Source: a virus
Virus record (IMG/VR): IMGVR_UViG_3300027301_000003
Span: 1 to 64,000 of that record
Length of the DNA: 64,000 nucleotides
Direction: 5' to 3' (one strand)
The position numbers and the translations under genes are program-made. This document shows, one piece after another, positions 6,776-16,320 of this stretch (its first letter is position 1; each line of letters starts with the position of its first letter). Below the pieces are notes generated by a model. That model was not told the origin of the DNA. It saw only the letters and a list, made by a program, of their open reading frames with translations, and did not search any database.

Positions 6776-7081
6776 TCAGTTGCATTTGAGCTTAGAGTAT
6801 AGCACAGGTTCACTCTCATTGTACTTGTTGTGCTTTTTTATTTTCCAGATTTGAAACACAGCTTTACCGTATTCGTCTTCATCAACGCAAACGTAAGCTA
6901 CAGTCTTCAGTACACGAGCGAATCGTACACCATCAAGTACATCAACTTCATGCATAAAACCCTGCTCAATAGCCCAAAGGTTATCTGTCTTTCTGTACGT
7001 GAAGTACTTACCGAAGTCACACTCTTGGAATTCACCTTCGTTGAAAACATGATTGCCGTTTGCATCTTGAAATTTCATCAT
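6776..7081 (-). CDS. hypothetical protein
   Basis: ORF trimmed to the ATG after AGGAG. Confidence 0.65.
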   Translation of the reverse strand: MMKFQDANGNHVFNEGEFQECDFGKYFTYRKTDNLWAIEQGFMHEVDVLDGVRFARVLKTVAYVCVDEDEYGKAVFQIWKIKKHNKYNESEPVLYSKLKCN

Positions 7082-7124
7082 AAGTATCTCCTGTGTTGAA
7101 GCCTTGATTGTAGCACAGTTTTTA

Positions 7125-7484
7125 TCATCGTGCAAAGATTTGAGCTTTTTTATCACGGCAAATCATAAAAACTTCCTTTGCGTTAAACACTGCAGTTTTG
7201 TTCATGGCTGTTACAAACGAATTGTACAGATAAGGATTGTACGTGATCTTTTCACCACAGATAGCAGCTTCAGCACTTGACTTCAGTTCACCAATGACGT
7301 AAGCATGTACGTTCTTGCGCTTCTCTTGCAGTACTCGATTGCGTCCAGCTTGCGATACTTTAAACATTGCGTTTTCAATTGTAACATCATCAGAGTAGTC
7401 AATCACTCTTCCTTTGTTAGCTCCCTCCAAAGCTTTGATGCTGAAGGTCTTCTTGTGCAGGTTGAAATAGACAGCGACTTTCAT
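7125..7484 (-). CDS. conserved phage protein (VYFNLHKK...KRKNVHA...YNPY family)
   Basis: Recognisable motif; GGAG RBS. Confidence 0.75.
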   Translation of the reverse strand: MKVAVYFNLHKKTFSIKALEGANKGRVIDYSDDVTIENAMFKVSQAGRNRVLQEKRKNVHAYVIGELKSSAEAAICGEKITYNPYLYNSFVTAMNKTAVFNAKEVFMICRDKKAQIFAR

Positions 7485-7525
7485 TTGTAACTCCAATGCA
7501 ATTGTTGAAGCCTTGATTATACAAC

Positions 7526-7559
7526 AAAAAATCCGCACAGGTTGATACCCATGCGGAAA
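7526..7559 (-). terminator. intrinsic terminator
   Basis: TCCGCA..TGCGGA stem plus T-tract on the minus strand. Confidence 0.55.
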
Positions 7560-7570
7560 TAAAGGTTATT

Positions 7571-7720
7571 CTACCACCTATGAAGAACACCAGCAATAAT
7601 GAATACGTTTGTAACAACAGCTTGAGTCATCAAAAGAATACGAATCCAAGCAATTTTGTTAGCTTCTTCATCAGTATTACCTGTTTTCTCACCGAGTGCT
7701 TTTGCTATTAGTCTGAACAT
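7571..7720 (-). CDS. small membrane protein (KALGEKTG..D.EA.KIA.IR family)
   Basis: ORF track 7571..7768; likely start MFRLIAK. Confidence 0.55.
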   Translation of the reverse strand: MFRLIAKALGEKTGNTDEEANKIAWIRILLMTQAVVTNVFIIAGVLHRW

Positions 7721-8258
7721 TTTTCTCTTTATCTTTGTAGAACACATGACCACCAATTCTAGCAGCAACTTTCTTGGTTTTTGTCCAATAGTTTTTTACA
7801 TAAGTTGCAGCATAGAAACGCACTGAATGATCTAGTACGGGTTCAAATTCACCAGCAATGACTTTATCAGCTACCTCTTCAACCTTAGCATAAGCTTTAG
7901 CTTCCATTGGTTTGAAGTTAGTTTTGATGATTTCAACATCTGGTTTCCTCAGTAATGTATAGCTAAATTGTTTATGCTGATGAATGACACCACAGTATGT
8001 ACTAGGGTAATCGGGGTGATTTTTACGATTCTCAATTACTGTAGCTACAGCTTGAATACCGTACAATGACTGATTACCTGCTTCATACCACAGTGCATTC
8101 TTAAGGCAGTTCTTTTCAGCTTCCTTCTCTTGCCTGACCAAATCCTTGCGTACCTCTTCAAGTTCTTGCAGTTGTTGGTACTCACGGTATTGATCTGTAA
8201 ACCACATTGCTACAAAGAATATAGCAAAGTAAACTGACCAGCGTTTGATAATGTTCAT
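7689..8258 (-). CDS. cell wall hydrolase, SleB/Hydrolase_2 family, N-terminal membrane anchor
   Basis: CL..A.WYEA, AVATVIENR, QFS, IGGHVFY motifs. Confidence 0.85.
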   Translation of the reverse strand: MNIIKRWSVYFAIFFVAMWFTDQYREYQQLQELEEVRKDLVRQEKEAEKNCLKNALWYEAGNQSLYGIQAVATVIENRKNHPDYPSTYCGVIHQHKQFSYTLLRKPDVEIIKTNFKPMEAKAYAKVEEVADKVIAGEFEPVLDHSVRFYAATYVKNYWTKTKKVAARIGGHVFYKDKEKNVQTNSKSTR

Positions 8259-8605
8259 TGAAACTCTCCACGCTTTTGCTCACGTTGCTTACTAAAGTCC
8301 TTCTTATTCTTTTGCTTCTTGGTTGGTTTCAGATCATCCTCATAACCACCATCATCAAACTTGCGTTTAGTGCGTTTGTTATTTTGCAAAAATGAACCTT
8401 GTGACATAATCTTTCCTTGTGTTTAGTTTGCTTCTTCCAGCTCTAGCACCATTGCTACAGCATCTTCGAATTGTACACCCTTTGCGATGAATTCTACATC
8501 TTCTGTGAAATAATTTACGACAATTACATCATATAAACGTTGTACTGTAGTATTGCGAATAATTAGAACTTCTTTATCACTGTGCATTTGATTCTCCTAG
8601 ATGTA

Positions 8606-8638
8606 AAACAAAGAAAGACCCTAGAGTGAACTAGGGTA
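8606..8638 (-). terminator. intrinsic terminator
   Basis: ACCCTAG..CTAGGGT stem plus T-rich tail on the minus strand. Confidence 0.65.
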
Positions 8639-8903
8639 TTGAGCTTAACGCTGACTGTTCATCCGAAAACAAGCTTTGTCTGCATCCGTCTTCAGACCAT
8701 GCATGGATACATCACGGTACTCTTGCATGTCAAACACTTTCCAGTAACCGTTGTTCCATTTTACTACGTATTTCATTCTTCGTTCCTTTCATGGTTATAT
8801 TCATGCCAGCTATCAAAAGATTGTAACACCTGATAGCTGTCCTCTTCTGTCACATACTCTAGATCACCCTCAGAGAACCTAGATTGTACATCAAATTTTG
8901 GTT

Positions 8904-9377
8904 TCAACTCCATAGTGATTGAAAATATTTACCAAATAATTCACAACCTTTTTGTATGCGCTCGTGGTGTGCGTTAAGACCTTGCATATCAACTTTCATA
9001 GCATTGACCTGTTCCATTACACCCTTAGTTTCATCAACTTCAGAACAATCATAGAATTGATCGTCAGTGTTATCAGAGCAAAGTTGCTGCATACTCCAAA
9101 TCATTTCATCCAGTGCATAATCCCATCGTGGATACCAATTATCATCAATGTCCCATTCGTTTTTTGTAGGTGCTGCTGCAGTAGTACGTAAATGTTCAGG
9201 AACATCTATATCATCTACATTAGGTGCTCCCTGCTTATCTTCCTTCATTTTCTGCAGCAATGGTACAATAATCAGCGCCAGCGTATGGTCAGCACTCCAA
9301 GTATCCCAAGGATCAATCTTGACGCTAATCTTGCGTTCTTTATCACCCTTTGGATAACGTCCGATATTTACTTTCAT
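8904..9377 (-). CDS. conserved phage protein (DTWS.DHTLA.II.P.L family)
   Basis: Recognisable motif; AAGGAG RBS. Confidence 0.75.
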   Translation of the reverse strand: MKVNIGRYPKGDKERKISVKIDPWDTWSADHTLALIIVPLLQKMKEDKQGAPNVDDIDVPEHLRTTAAAPTKNEWDIDDNWYPRWDYALDEMIWSMQQLCSDNTDDQFYDCSEVDETKGVMEQVNAMKVDMQGLNAHHERIQKGCELFGKYFQSLWS

Positions 9378-9379
9378 AT

Positions 9380-9829
9380 TTACTCCTTCGCTCTTACAAC
9401 GGGTTTATCACCACCAAATAATGAATAGTGCTCACGAATAACTTCCAGTTTACCTTCTCTGTGCATACTTTCAATATTCACCAGCAAGAACAGATATTGT
9501 AGCATAGAAGTTAGACTATCGGGGTCAACCTCTAGTTCACCTTCTCCTAAAGCTAAGATAAAGCACAACAGGCATAAACTCTGCAAGTCTTCTTCTGCTT
9601 GCTGCGACAATACATTGAACTGCTTGAAATTAGCCGTATGAATGTACTCCAGAGCACTTGTCATTTCATAGATTTCAACGTCATCTAGTTTTTCAAAGTA
9701 CTCACCAGCAGGTAGAAACCCTGAGTGCTTTACTTCAAAAGCAGCTTTGAGTACCCAATTGGGAAGTTTCTTATTGCCAAGAATCTTATCAATACTAATG
9801 AGTCGAAAGTTTTTAACTGCTTCGTTCAA
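9380..9829 (-). CDS. hypothetical protein, 149 aa
   Basis: ORF track. Confidence 0.7.
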   Translation of the reverse strand: MNEAVKNFRLISIDKILGNKKLPNWVLKAAFEVKHSGFLPAGEYFEKLDDVEIYEMTSALEYIHTANFKQFNVLSQQAEEDLQSLCLLCFILALGEGELEVDPDSLTSMLQYLFLLVNIESMHREGKLEVIREHYSLFGGDKPVVRAKE

Positions 9830-9955
9830 AGCATTGCCTCTTCATAGTCATCTGTAGAAAATACATCTTTAGTATTGTACTGTTTGGAATCCATCAGTTC
9901 TTGTGAAGCTTCTGTTCTTGCACCATTGACAGTAGGGAAAGGCCAAACAACTTTT

Positions 9956-10273
9956 TCATTCTGTTGGTTCTGCATAGTGTTCCTTTAAATGCTGTTGAAG
10001 TATACTGTCGGTTGCAACTGACAACCTGAACGCAGTATAGCACAACTTTTCACCTTCTGTATTGAACATGCGTGAAATTTTCATCTGTTTCACTTTCATT
10101 GTTCCAAGACCTCGAAGCTTTACATCCGTACCTTCAGCAAGTAATACCTGAATATTACCCACTAAGTGATTCAGCACATCTTCTACTTCGTATTGATAGT
10201 AGCCAGAGGACTTAGCTACCATTTCAATCAGTTGTTTGTACTTTTTTGACTTACGTTTTTGTTTATCACCCAA
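9956..10273 (-). CDS. HU/IHF-like DNA-binding protein
   Basis: LIEMVAKSSG...L.EG.DVKLRGLGTMKV pattern. Confidence 0.7.
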   Translation of the reverse strand: MGDKQKRKSKKYKQLIEMVAKSSGYYQYEVEDVLNHLVGNIQVLLAEGTDVKLRGLGTMKVKQMKISRMFNTEGEKLCYTAFRLSVATDSILQQHLKEHYAEPTE

Positions 10274-10476
10274 GGGAATACCTCCATTGCTCTAGGAAAT
10301 ACCAATGCATTCCAGATTTCTCTAGTTTCAGCATATGCAATTTCATTCAGTACATAATGAATCTTGTACATACGATTATCACCGAATACACTAAACATAT
10401 CACCTTCTTTTAACTGCTCAAGTTTCAAAGGTTCTGTTAGCATAACCCAATCGTTTATATCATGTTCATTCAACAT
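10228..10476 (-). CDS. hypothetical protein, 82 aa
   Basis: GGAGG RBS. Confidence 0.65.
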   Translation of the reverse strand: MLNEHDINDWVMLTEPLKLEQLKEGDMFSVFGDNRMYKIHYVLNEIAYAETREIWNALVFPRAMEVFPWVINKNVSQKSTNN

Positions 10477-11134
10477 TAAACACCTCCGAGATAGCTTCAG
10501 CTACTTTCTGAGCCAGTACAATATGCTCTAGCTGTGTACCATTAGCTTTACGTACTTCAATGTAGTGGATAAAACTACGAATGGTTCCTTGTACGTACAA
10601 ACGAGACATAGTGCAACCCTCTGGTAGTACAGCACGAGCTTGCTCCTTAGCGATACCATTGGCAATAGCGAAGGCATAAGCATTTTGTGCAGTCTCAATA
10701 ACCTTGTTCTGGTAATTCTCCCATAGCGATTGCAATGCTAGATTTTCAGTAATAACGGAGTTCTGACGATTCTTAGGGTCTTGCAGTCGTGCTTCCCTAG
10801 TAACAAACGTCAAGTCCTTCGTGGGGTCTGCATAGCGTTGACTAAACTCCTGAAATGTAAAACTGCGGTGACGTAATAGCTGACGAGCAATATCACGAGT
10901 TGTTTCAATCTCAATAGTTGCACTAGCCATTTCAAACGGACTAAAGTGCTTGTGCTTTAGCAGATAAGTAATCAGCTTATCAGAGGTTTCCATGTTCAGT
11001 TGGTTACTTGGGTTAGACACCCTAGCGCAATAAGCCACAAGGTCTTTAATGGTCTTAAACTGCCCTTTGAACTCTTCGGTAGCCTGTGAGTAAGCAATTA
11101 GCTTTGCGGTGGTGTAATCTTCAATCTTTTGCAT
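10466..11134 (-). CDS. thyX: flavin-dependent thymidylate synthase
   Basis: HFSPFE and RHRSFTFQEFSQRY ThyX signature. Confidence 0.95.
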   Translation of the reverse strand: MQKIEDYTTAKLIAYSQATEEFKGQFKTIKDLVAYCARVSNPSNQLNMETSDKLITYLLKHKHFSPFEMASATIEIETTRDIARQLLRHRSFTFQEFSQRYADPTKDLTFVTREARLQDPKNRQNSVITENLALQSLWENYQNKVIETAQNAYAFAIANGIAKEQARAVLPEGCTMSRLYVQGTIRSFIHYIEVRKANGTQLEHIVLAQKVAEAISEVFNVE

Positions 11135-11702
11135 CAATAACCTTTCTGTGTTGATCTGCTGAGTAAATATCTTCATGTTGCATAAAAGCAACTACTTCGT
11201 CTTCTGTGATGAACTTGTGCTCTCCGTATAGATTATATGCGGAATCTAAGCCTACGTCAAGCATTTTTCCACGATAATCTTTAAAATTACCATGAGAATG
11301 ACCATGTAGATGCCATGAACCATGACTTTGACGATGCCACGATGCAATAGGGAAGTGAAATAGTACTGTAGGAATATCCTGCAGCTTAATTTCCTTGTAA
11401 TCATACCATGCTTGAATCAAGTTATCTTTTACAAGTTGATCTAGGTGCTCTCTACGATCATGATTACCCTTGATGAAAATCTTTTGACCGTTTAGCTGCT
11501 TAGTAAACTTTGCAATATCATCGTAATTTTTAGCAAAGGAATAGTCACCTAATGAGTAAACAACGTCACCTTTAGTGACTTGACTATTCCACAAATGCAC
11601 CAACCATTCATCATGATTTTCTTGAGTTGTATCTACGCTTCTATTTGTAAATTCAACAATTCTTTTGTGTGCCATATGTAGGTCACTCGTAAAAATTCGC
11701 AT
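11121..11702 (-). CDS. calcineurin-like metallophosphoesterase
   Basis: SDLH, LGD, GNHD, HGHSH motifs. Confidence 0.9.
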   Translation of the reverse strand: MRIFTSDLHMAHKRIVEFTNRSVDTTQENHDEWLVHLWNSQVTKGDVVYSLGDYSFAKNYDDIAKFTKQLNGQKIFIKGNHDRREHLDQLVKDNLIQAWYDYKEIKLQDIPTVLFHFPIASWHRQSHGSWHLHGHSHGNFKDYRGKMLDVGLDSAYNLYGEHKFITEDEVVAFMQHEDIYSADQHRKVIDAKD

Positions 11703-12273
11703 AATTTGCTCCATTTTGATTACATTTATCAATGAAATATTTCCTGCATTCACTAGCAAGAATCAGTGCCAACTCTTTACCATATTTACTTATTGGAAAA
11801 TGAAAGGTTATTGGTTTTCCAGATGGAAATTCCCTGTAAGATGCAGAGTATGCATACAACACATCATCTATGTTTAACTCCGAAACTCCTGTAAAACCTG
11901 ATTTATTGTTTTCTTGTAATTTTTTACCCGTGTGACTCGAACATTTTCTCATGTTTTCTGATTGATGCACTACTTCAAGATTTTCTAAAAGATTATTAAA
12001 AGGATTGTTATCAATATGATTAATAACTAAAGCATCATCGTACTCGCTATCATACATAGCACATAAAATTCTGTGAACTTTGTAAAGTTTTCCTTGATAT
12101 CGCACATCCCATGTTTTAGCTTTCAATTTATTTTCATCACTCCAAGCCTTGGAACCAGCAACATCTCCACAATTCTTTTTACCACATTTTACTAGCCAAC
12201 GTAAACCGGATGGTGATTCTGGATCATAATAAAAAATTTTATTCCACTCTATATCTGCATAATTTATCTTCAT
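11683..12273 (-). CDS. HNH homing endonuclease with AP2-like C-terminus
   Basis: VHRI...INHIDNNPFNN..NL; NKSGFTGV. Confidence 0.85.
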   Translation of the reverse strand: MKINYADIEWNKIFYYDPESPSGLRWLVKCGKKNCGDVAGSKAWSDENKLKAKTWDVRYQGKLYKVHRILCAMYDSEYDDALVINHIDNNPFNNLLENLEVVHQSENMRKCSSHTGKKLQENNKSGFTGVSELNIDDVLYAYSASYREFPSGKPITFHFPISKYGKELALILASECRKYFIDKCNQNGANYANFYE

Positions 12274-12274
12274 A

Positions 12275-12538
12275 TCATTCCTTAAAATCTTCTTCGATTA
12301 AGTTAGCAGTATACAAATACAGATTATGTCTATCTTTACTAATCTCGTGCAATTCTTTGAGTAAAGTTACAACTTCTTGTATTGTTTCTTTGCGAGTTTG
12401 TTTCTGCAGCAAATCAGCAAATACTTTAAACTCCTGTTCATAATCACAGGACCAATCAATAGGTTCCTCTGCGTCTTCTTCTGGAGAAAAGAAACAGAAA
12501 CCAGCTTCTTGTGCTAGTAGTTTGATTTTATCTTGCAT
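12275..12538 (-). CDS. hypothetical protein, 87 aa
   Basis: ORF track. Confidence 0.65.
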   Translation of the reverse strand: MQDKIKLLAQEAGFCFFSPEEDAEEPIDWSCDYEQEFKVFADLLQKQTRKETIQEVVTLLKELHEISKDRHNLYLYTANLIEEDFKE

Positions 12539-12722
12539 TGTTACCTTTCATTTGTCCTTTAAGTCTAAGATACTCTTCGTCTTCTAGTTCACGAGCACCT
12601 ACACAAGCTTTGTTAATCTGCTTTTCAGTTGCACGATTACCAAGGCGAATAAGACCACAACGACCACAGTATACAAACATACCTTTGGCGTGTAGCGTTC
12701 TGTTGAAGTTGTGACCTTGCAT
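12528..12722 (-). CDS. small Zn-binding protein (H..CxxC..C)
   Basis: ORF with AAGGAG RBS. Confidence 0.6.
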   Translation of the reverse strand: MQGHNFNRTLHAKGMFVYCGRCGLIRLGNRATEKQINKACVGARELEDEEYLRLKGQMKGNNAR

Positions 12723-13601
12723 TTATGCTCCTTTTAAATTCTCAAGAATTAATCTGCGTTGTTGATCGCTCATACCTAACCAAGCATCTTTATTTATATT
12801 ACTCACGATCAGGCGAGGTACATCATACCACATCTCTGGTAGAGTATTTGCAATTTCAAAGCCGTTTTTGTACATCAATTCTACATTCTTTGCTTGCATA
12901 CGCATTAGCTTCTTTTTACCAATGTAGTAATCGGTCTTTAGTTTACAGCAGTTATTGTAATCATAAGTACCATCAGCTTGCATAGGATAAAGCATAAAGC
13001 CTTCACCACGATCTGACTTTGCGATTTCTAATGCTTGCTCTAATGTACAACGAATGGCTTCACCAAATGGAGTAAAATCACCAGTGTCTTTATTACGAGA
13101 ACCTAAGAAATGCAAACCTTGGCGTTCTTGCACAATATGAGGGTCTTGTGGTAATACAACTTCAAATAAACAACTATATTGGTCATCAATCACAATATTA
13201 TATAAATCATTATAATCATTCGAGATCAATTCCTTAGCCCACATAGCGTAATCACTTGTAGTAGTACCTGTAGTACTAACCAAGAGTTCACCATCATGCA
13301 GAGTAGCACAAGCCATGAAACCATTGACTTTCTTGTACATTTCAACTGGAGTATCCAAAGGAACATCTTTCCAGTAATTGCGCTCAAGGTAATTGAAGCT
13401 TTTACGTGGAGCAGCTTGTACGAGTTCTTTCGTAGCGTTTGAATACACATGACCTCTGCACTCTAGCAGATCAGTTATTTGATACCAGAGATATTCATAC
13501 ATGGCTTTACGAGCGTACTTGAACGTAGTGTACTTACCATCGTTTTTCAGAGTAGCAAGACCACGCATTACTAAATTGATTTGTTGATCATAGTTTAACA
13601 T
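12723..13601 (-). CDS. T4 Rnl1-like RNA ligase
   Basis: ECRG, KSFNY, KVNG (motif I), FEV, EGF, KLK motifs. Confidence 0.8.
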   Translation of the reverse strand: MLNYDQQINLVMRGLATLKNDGKYTTFKYARKAMYEYLWYQITDLLECRGHVYSNATKELVQAAPRKSFNYLERNYWKDVPLDTPVEMYKKVNGFMACATLHDGELLVSTTGTTTSDYAMWAKELISNDYNDLYNIVIDDQYSCLFEVVLPQDPHIVQERQGLHFLGSRNKDTGDFTPFGEAIRCTLEQALEIAKSDRGEGFMLYPMQADGTYDYNNCCKLKTDYYIGKKKLMRMQAKNVELMYKNGFEIANTLPEMWYDVPRLIVSNINKDAWLGMSDQQRRLILENLKGA

Positions 13602-13612
13602 TATTTACTCCT

Positions 13613-14023
13613 TTACAGTCGTACACTGAATTTCCTTTTCATCTGTTCGACTTTAGCATCAGGACAACCGTGAACGTTCTTACCACCGTGACGATTCTCA
13701 ACAATGATACTCACGAAGTTAGCTTCAGTATCTCGTGCAATTGTAGCATAAGTTTCCACTTCCCACTCAGCGCAAGATGTATTTGATACTGCAACTGACA
13801 TTCCTTCGTACAAAGCTAACCATGTATTGCGCTTGCATTGCTGATGAGCATCTTCTAGTTTTGTAGGATCAAACTGATATACACCCGCTTCTGTAAAATA
13901 GTCATCAGCTTCATACATGCGTTGTACTAAGCGATTTTTGAATAGTTGCCAAGCAAAAGATGACTTACCACTTCCGGGTACGCCACGTATTAGATACAAA
14001 GTAGGTTTCATTTTATCCACCAA
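13613..14023 (-). CDS. P-loop polynucleotide kinase-like protein (AAA_33)
   Basis: RGVPGSGKS, EADDYF, VSNT, NVHGCP. Confidence 0.85.
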   Translation of the reverse strand: MVDKMKPTLYLIRGVPGSGKSSFAWQLFKNRLVQRMYEADDYFTEAGVYQFDPTKLEDAHQQCKRNTWLALYEGMSVAVSNTSCAEWEVETYATIARDTEANFVSIIVENRHGGKNVHGCPDAKVEQMKRKFSVRL

Positions 14024-14217
14024 TGTAAAAGACCAAACAAATAGATAGCTGCAGAAGCAGCTTCCACTAAAATCAAAGCTTTATCTTTGTAGTTAAAGCC
14101 CACGATACACCAGAGTATACCACCAATTGCACCAAAGATTAGATTCAATGGAAAAATATTTAATGCAGTTAGCAGCATACCGATCATATAGAAGATTGTA
14201 CCGGACCATCTAAGCAT
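14008..14217 (-). CDS. small multi-pass membrane protein
   Basis: Hydrophobic 69 aa. Confidence 0.65.
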   Translation of the reverse strand: MLRWSGTIFYMIGMLLTALNIFPLNLIFGAIGGILWCIVGFNYKDKALILVEAASAAIYLFGLLHWWIK

Positions 14218-14647
14218 GTTGTTCTACCACAACACCTGCAAGTTGCAACAGATCAGTGCCACCTTGATCACGATACGTATCTTTGTACACCAAGCGTGTA
14301 ATGCCAGCTTGAATCATCATGGCAGCGCAAGGTACACAAGGAGAAAGAGTTACATACATTGTAGCACCAATACAACTTACGCCTTCACGAGCAGCTTTTA
14401 AGATGCAGTTGAGTTCAGCATGAATTACTTCTGGTTTTGTTACTAAGTATGTATCACCGTTTGAATCCCATTTTACATTTTCACATTCATTACGAAGCCC
14501 TGCAGGAGTACCGTTGTAACCAGTGAGAGTAACCCCTTGACTAGTGACTAAAACGGCTCCTACCTGTGCTCTAATGGCTTTGGATAACCTTGCATGAAGC
14601 ATTGCTGTACCCATGTAGGTTTCATCTAATTGTTTTTGATCAGCCAT
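14210..14647 (-). CDS. dCMP deaminase
   Basis: GYNG, HAE, SPCVPC motifs. Confidence 0.9.
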   Translation of the reverse strand: MADQKQLDETYMGTAMLHARLSKAIRAQVGAVLVTSQGVTLTGYNGTPAGLRNECENVKWDSNGDTYLVTKPEVIHAELNCILKAAREGVSCIGATMYVTLSPCVPCAAMMIQAGITRLVYKDTYRDQGGTDLLQLAGVVVEQHA

Positions 14648-14906
14648 GTACTTTTACTACTTTCGTAGGATCAACCTTAACGTGCTCTTTTTTATTAAGT
14701 AAAGCAACAGCTTCTTCATATGTATCTAGTGTGCAGAACTTTTCTACATTACCGTAGAAGTTCCACCAGTGGATTTCATCATCATTAGCAAATGTGTGCT
14801 TTTCTTTGTACTTCCAAACACCACCCCATTTACGTACAGCAAACTTACCATTAGCGAACTCCACAATGTGAGCTTTGAACGGATTGTATAGTTTAGGCAA
14901 TTTCAT
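14640..14906 (-). CDS. hypothetical protein, 88 aa
   Basis: Coupled ORF. Confidence 0.65.
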   Translation of the reverse strand: MKLPKLYNPFKAHIVEFANGKFAVRKWGGVWKYKEKHTFANDDEIHWWNFYGNVEKFCTLDTYEEAVALLNKKEHVKVDPTKVVKVHG

Positions 14907-15237
14907 ATTCTTTGATTCCTTCTTCAGATGTATAACGAACGATCTTTACTCCAAATCCTTTGAGCATAGCTTTGCAAGTTGGACATGGTGCAGCTACTGC
15001 CATTGTACCATCATTATGAAACCGCTGCACAAAGATACTATGAATATTTTTGCGACCTGATGCAAGTACAGCAGAGAGTTCAGCGTGAAGTTTGTCCTTT
15101 TGTTCAGACTCTCCAGCTTTAACTGCAAAGTGCTTCATCAAGGGATGACTACGGCTGTAATCATTTACACCTGTACCAAGCACTTTACCTTTGCGGTCAA
15201 AGCACGTAGCAACAATTTCATAGCGTTTGCGTGTCAA
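14893..15237 (-). CDS. second cytidine/deoxycytidylate deaminase-fold protein
   Basis: LHAE and APCPTC Zn motifs; probable TTG start at 15237. Confidence 0.8.
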   Translation of the reverse strand: MTRKRYEIVATCFDRKGKVLGTGVNDYSRSHPLMKHFAVKAGESEQKDKLHAELSAVLASGRKNIHSIFVQRFHNDGTMAVAAPCPTCKAMLKGFGVKIVRYTSEEGIKEYEIA

Positions 15238-15238
15238 T

Positions 15239-15661
15239 TTAGCGCCCCATCTGCTTTTTAAGCTTGTGTTGGATACGTGCAAGAGCTTTGTGCCCTTTCT
15301 TAATCTTGCGTTGTTGTGTACGGTATTCATTCATTACATTGAAGTATGGTTCACTATCTTTATCATCAGGATTACTCTTTTCCCAACACTGTTGAATGCG
15401 AAGCTTTAGATTTCTTAGTTGTAGCTCATCGTTGGCTAGAACCAATGCTAGACCATCTGTTAGAAGCTGCAGTTCAGCTTGTGTAAGTTCTCGTGAAGGT
15501 CCGGGATAAAGGTATGTGTTTTTCAATAGAACAGGTTCCTGTACTGGTTTACCTTGCATTGCTCGTTCAGCTTTCTCCCATACGATTTCAGCCAGAGCTA
15601 GTTCACCATCTTCTAGACCAAGGTGGTTGATCATGTGATAGAATTCGTTCTTGAGTAGCAT
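15239..15661 (-). CDS. hypothetical coiled-coil protein
   Basis: ORF trimmed to the ATG after AAAGGA. Confidence 0.7.
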   Translation of the reverse strand: MLLKNEFYHMINHLGLEDGELALAEIVWEKAERAMQGKPVQEPVLLKNTYLYPGPSRELTQAELQLLTDGLALVLANDELQLRNLKLRIQQCWEKSNPDDKDSEPYFNVMNEYRTQQRKIKKGHKALARIQHKLKKQMGR

Positions 15662-15695
15662 GTTAGTTCCTTTCGGTTTGGTTGTGAAGGCTCTA

Positions 15696-15724
15696 CTGTA
15701 GCACAAGCTTTAGCACAATGCAAC
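15696..15724 (-). promoter_or_regulatory. leftward sigma70-type promoter
   Basis: TTGCAT-17-TACAGT with extended TG. Confidence 0.55.
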
Positions 15725-15756
15725 AAATAATTTAAAAAATATTTTGCAGATAGGGC

Positions 15757-15785
15757 TTGACAAGACTTGCCGATGTTGGTAGAAT
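15757..15785 (+). promoter_or_regulatory. rightward sigma70 promoter for the replication arm
   Basis: TTGACA-17-TAGAAT with TG extension. Confidence 0.8.
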
Positions 15786-15926
15786 TCGGTTCAGGGGTCA
15801 GGGGCAGCAGAGGGACAAGCGAGAGTTGACAAGCTCAAGTTTCAAAAACTCAGTTTCAATTTAAGTATAACTTAAGTTATAACTGCAGTTAAGCACAAGT
15901 TTAAACAGAAGGTAAAGGAGTAAGTT

Positions 15927-16163
15927 ATGAATGAAATGAATGAAAAGCCTACAGTATGCTACTTAGGAGTACCGCAGTTTTCTGATTGGGGTGAGCACAA
16001 GGTAGCACATCTGCAGTACGTCATCGGTCATCCAGCTTTAGGTAATTGCAGCAATGTAAGAACATCAAGTGTACAGGAAGTACTAAATGATGGTACAATC
16101 ATTACTCGCAATACAATCTACAAAGCAATTTCACAGGAGAAGCTCAATGCGCTTAAAAGCTAA
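15927..16163 (+). CDS. hypothetical protein (HP.LG...VRTSSV family)
   Basis: AAGGAG RBS. Confidence 0.7.
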   Translation: MNEMNEKPTVCYLGVPQFSDWGEHKVAHLQYVIGHPALGNCSNVRTSSVQEVLNDGTIITRNTIYKAISQEKLNALKS

Positions 16164-16320
16164 GGATGTTAAAAATATCCGTCTAACATGGCAAGAAGTC
16201 AAAAGTGATGGTACAATCTCATCTCGTACTTACGCTTGTGATGATAAAAGTGCAAGCTGGCATCTGATGCAAATGCGTAAGAGTCCTAGCCTTCGTAATA
16301 TTAAGATGGAGAAACTATGA
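16147..16320 (+). CDS. hypothetical protein
   Basis: ORF track 16087..16320; likely start MRLKAKD after AGGAG. Confidence 0.55.
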   Translation: MRLKAKDVKNIRLTWQEVKSDGTISSRTYACDDKSASWHLMQMRKSPSLRNIKMEKL

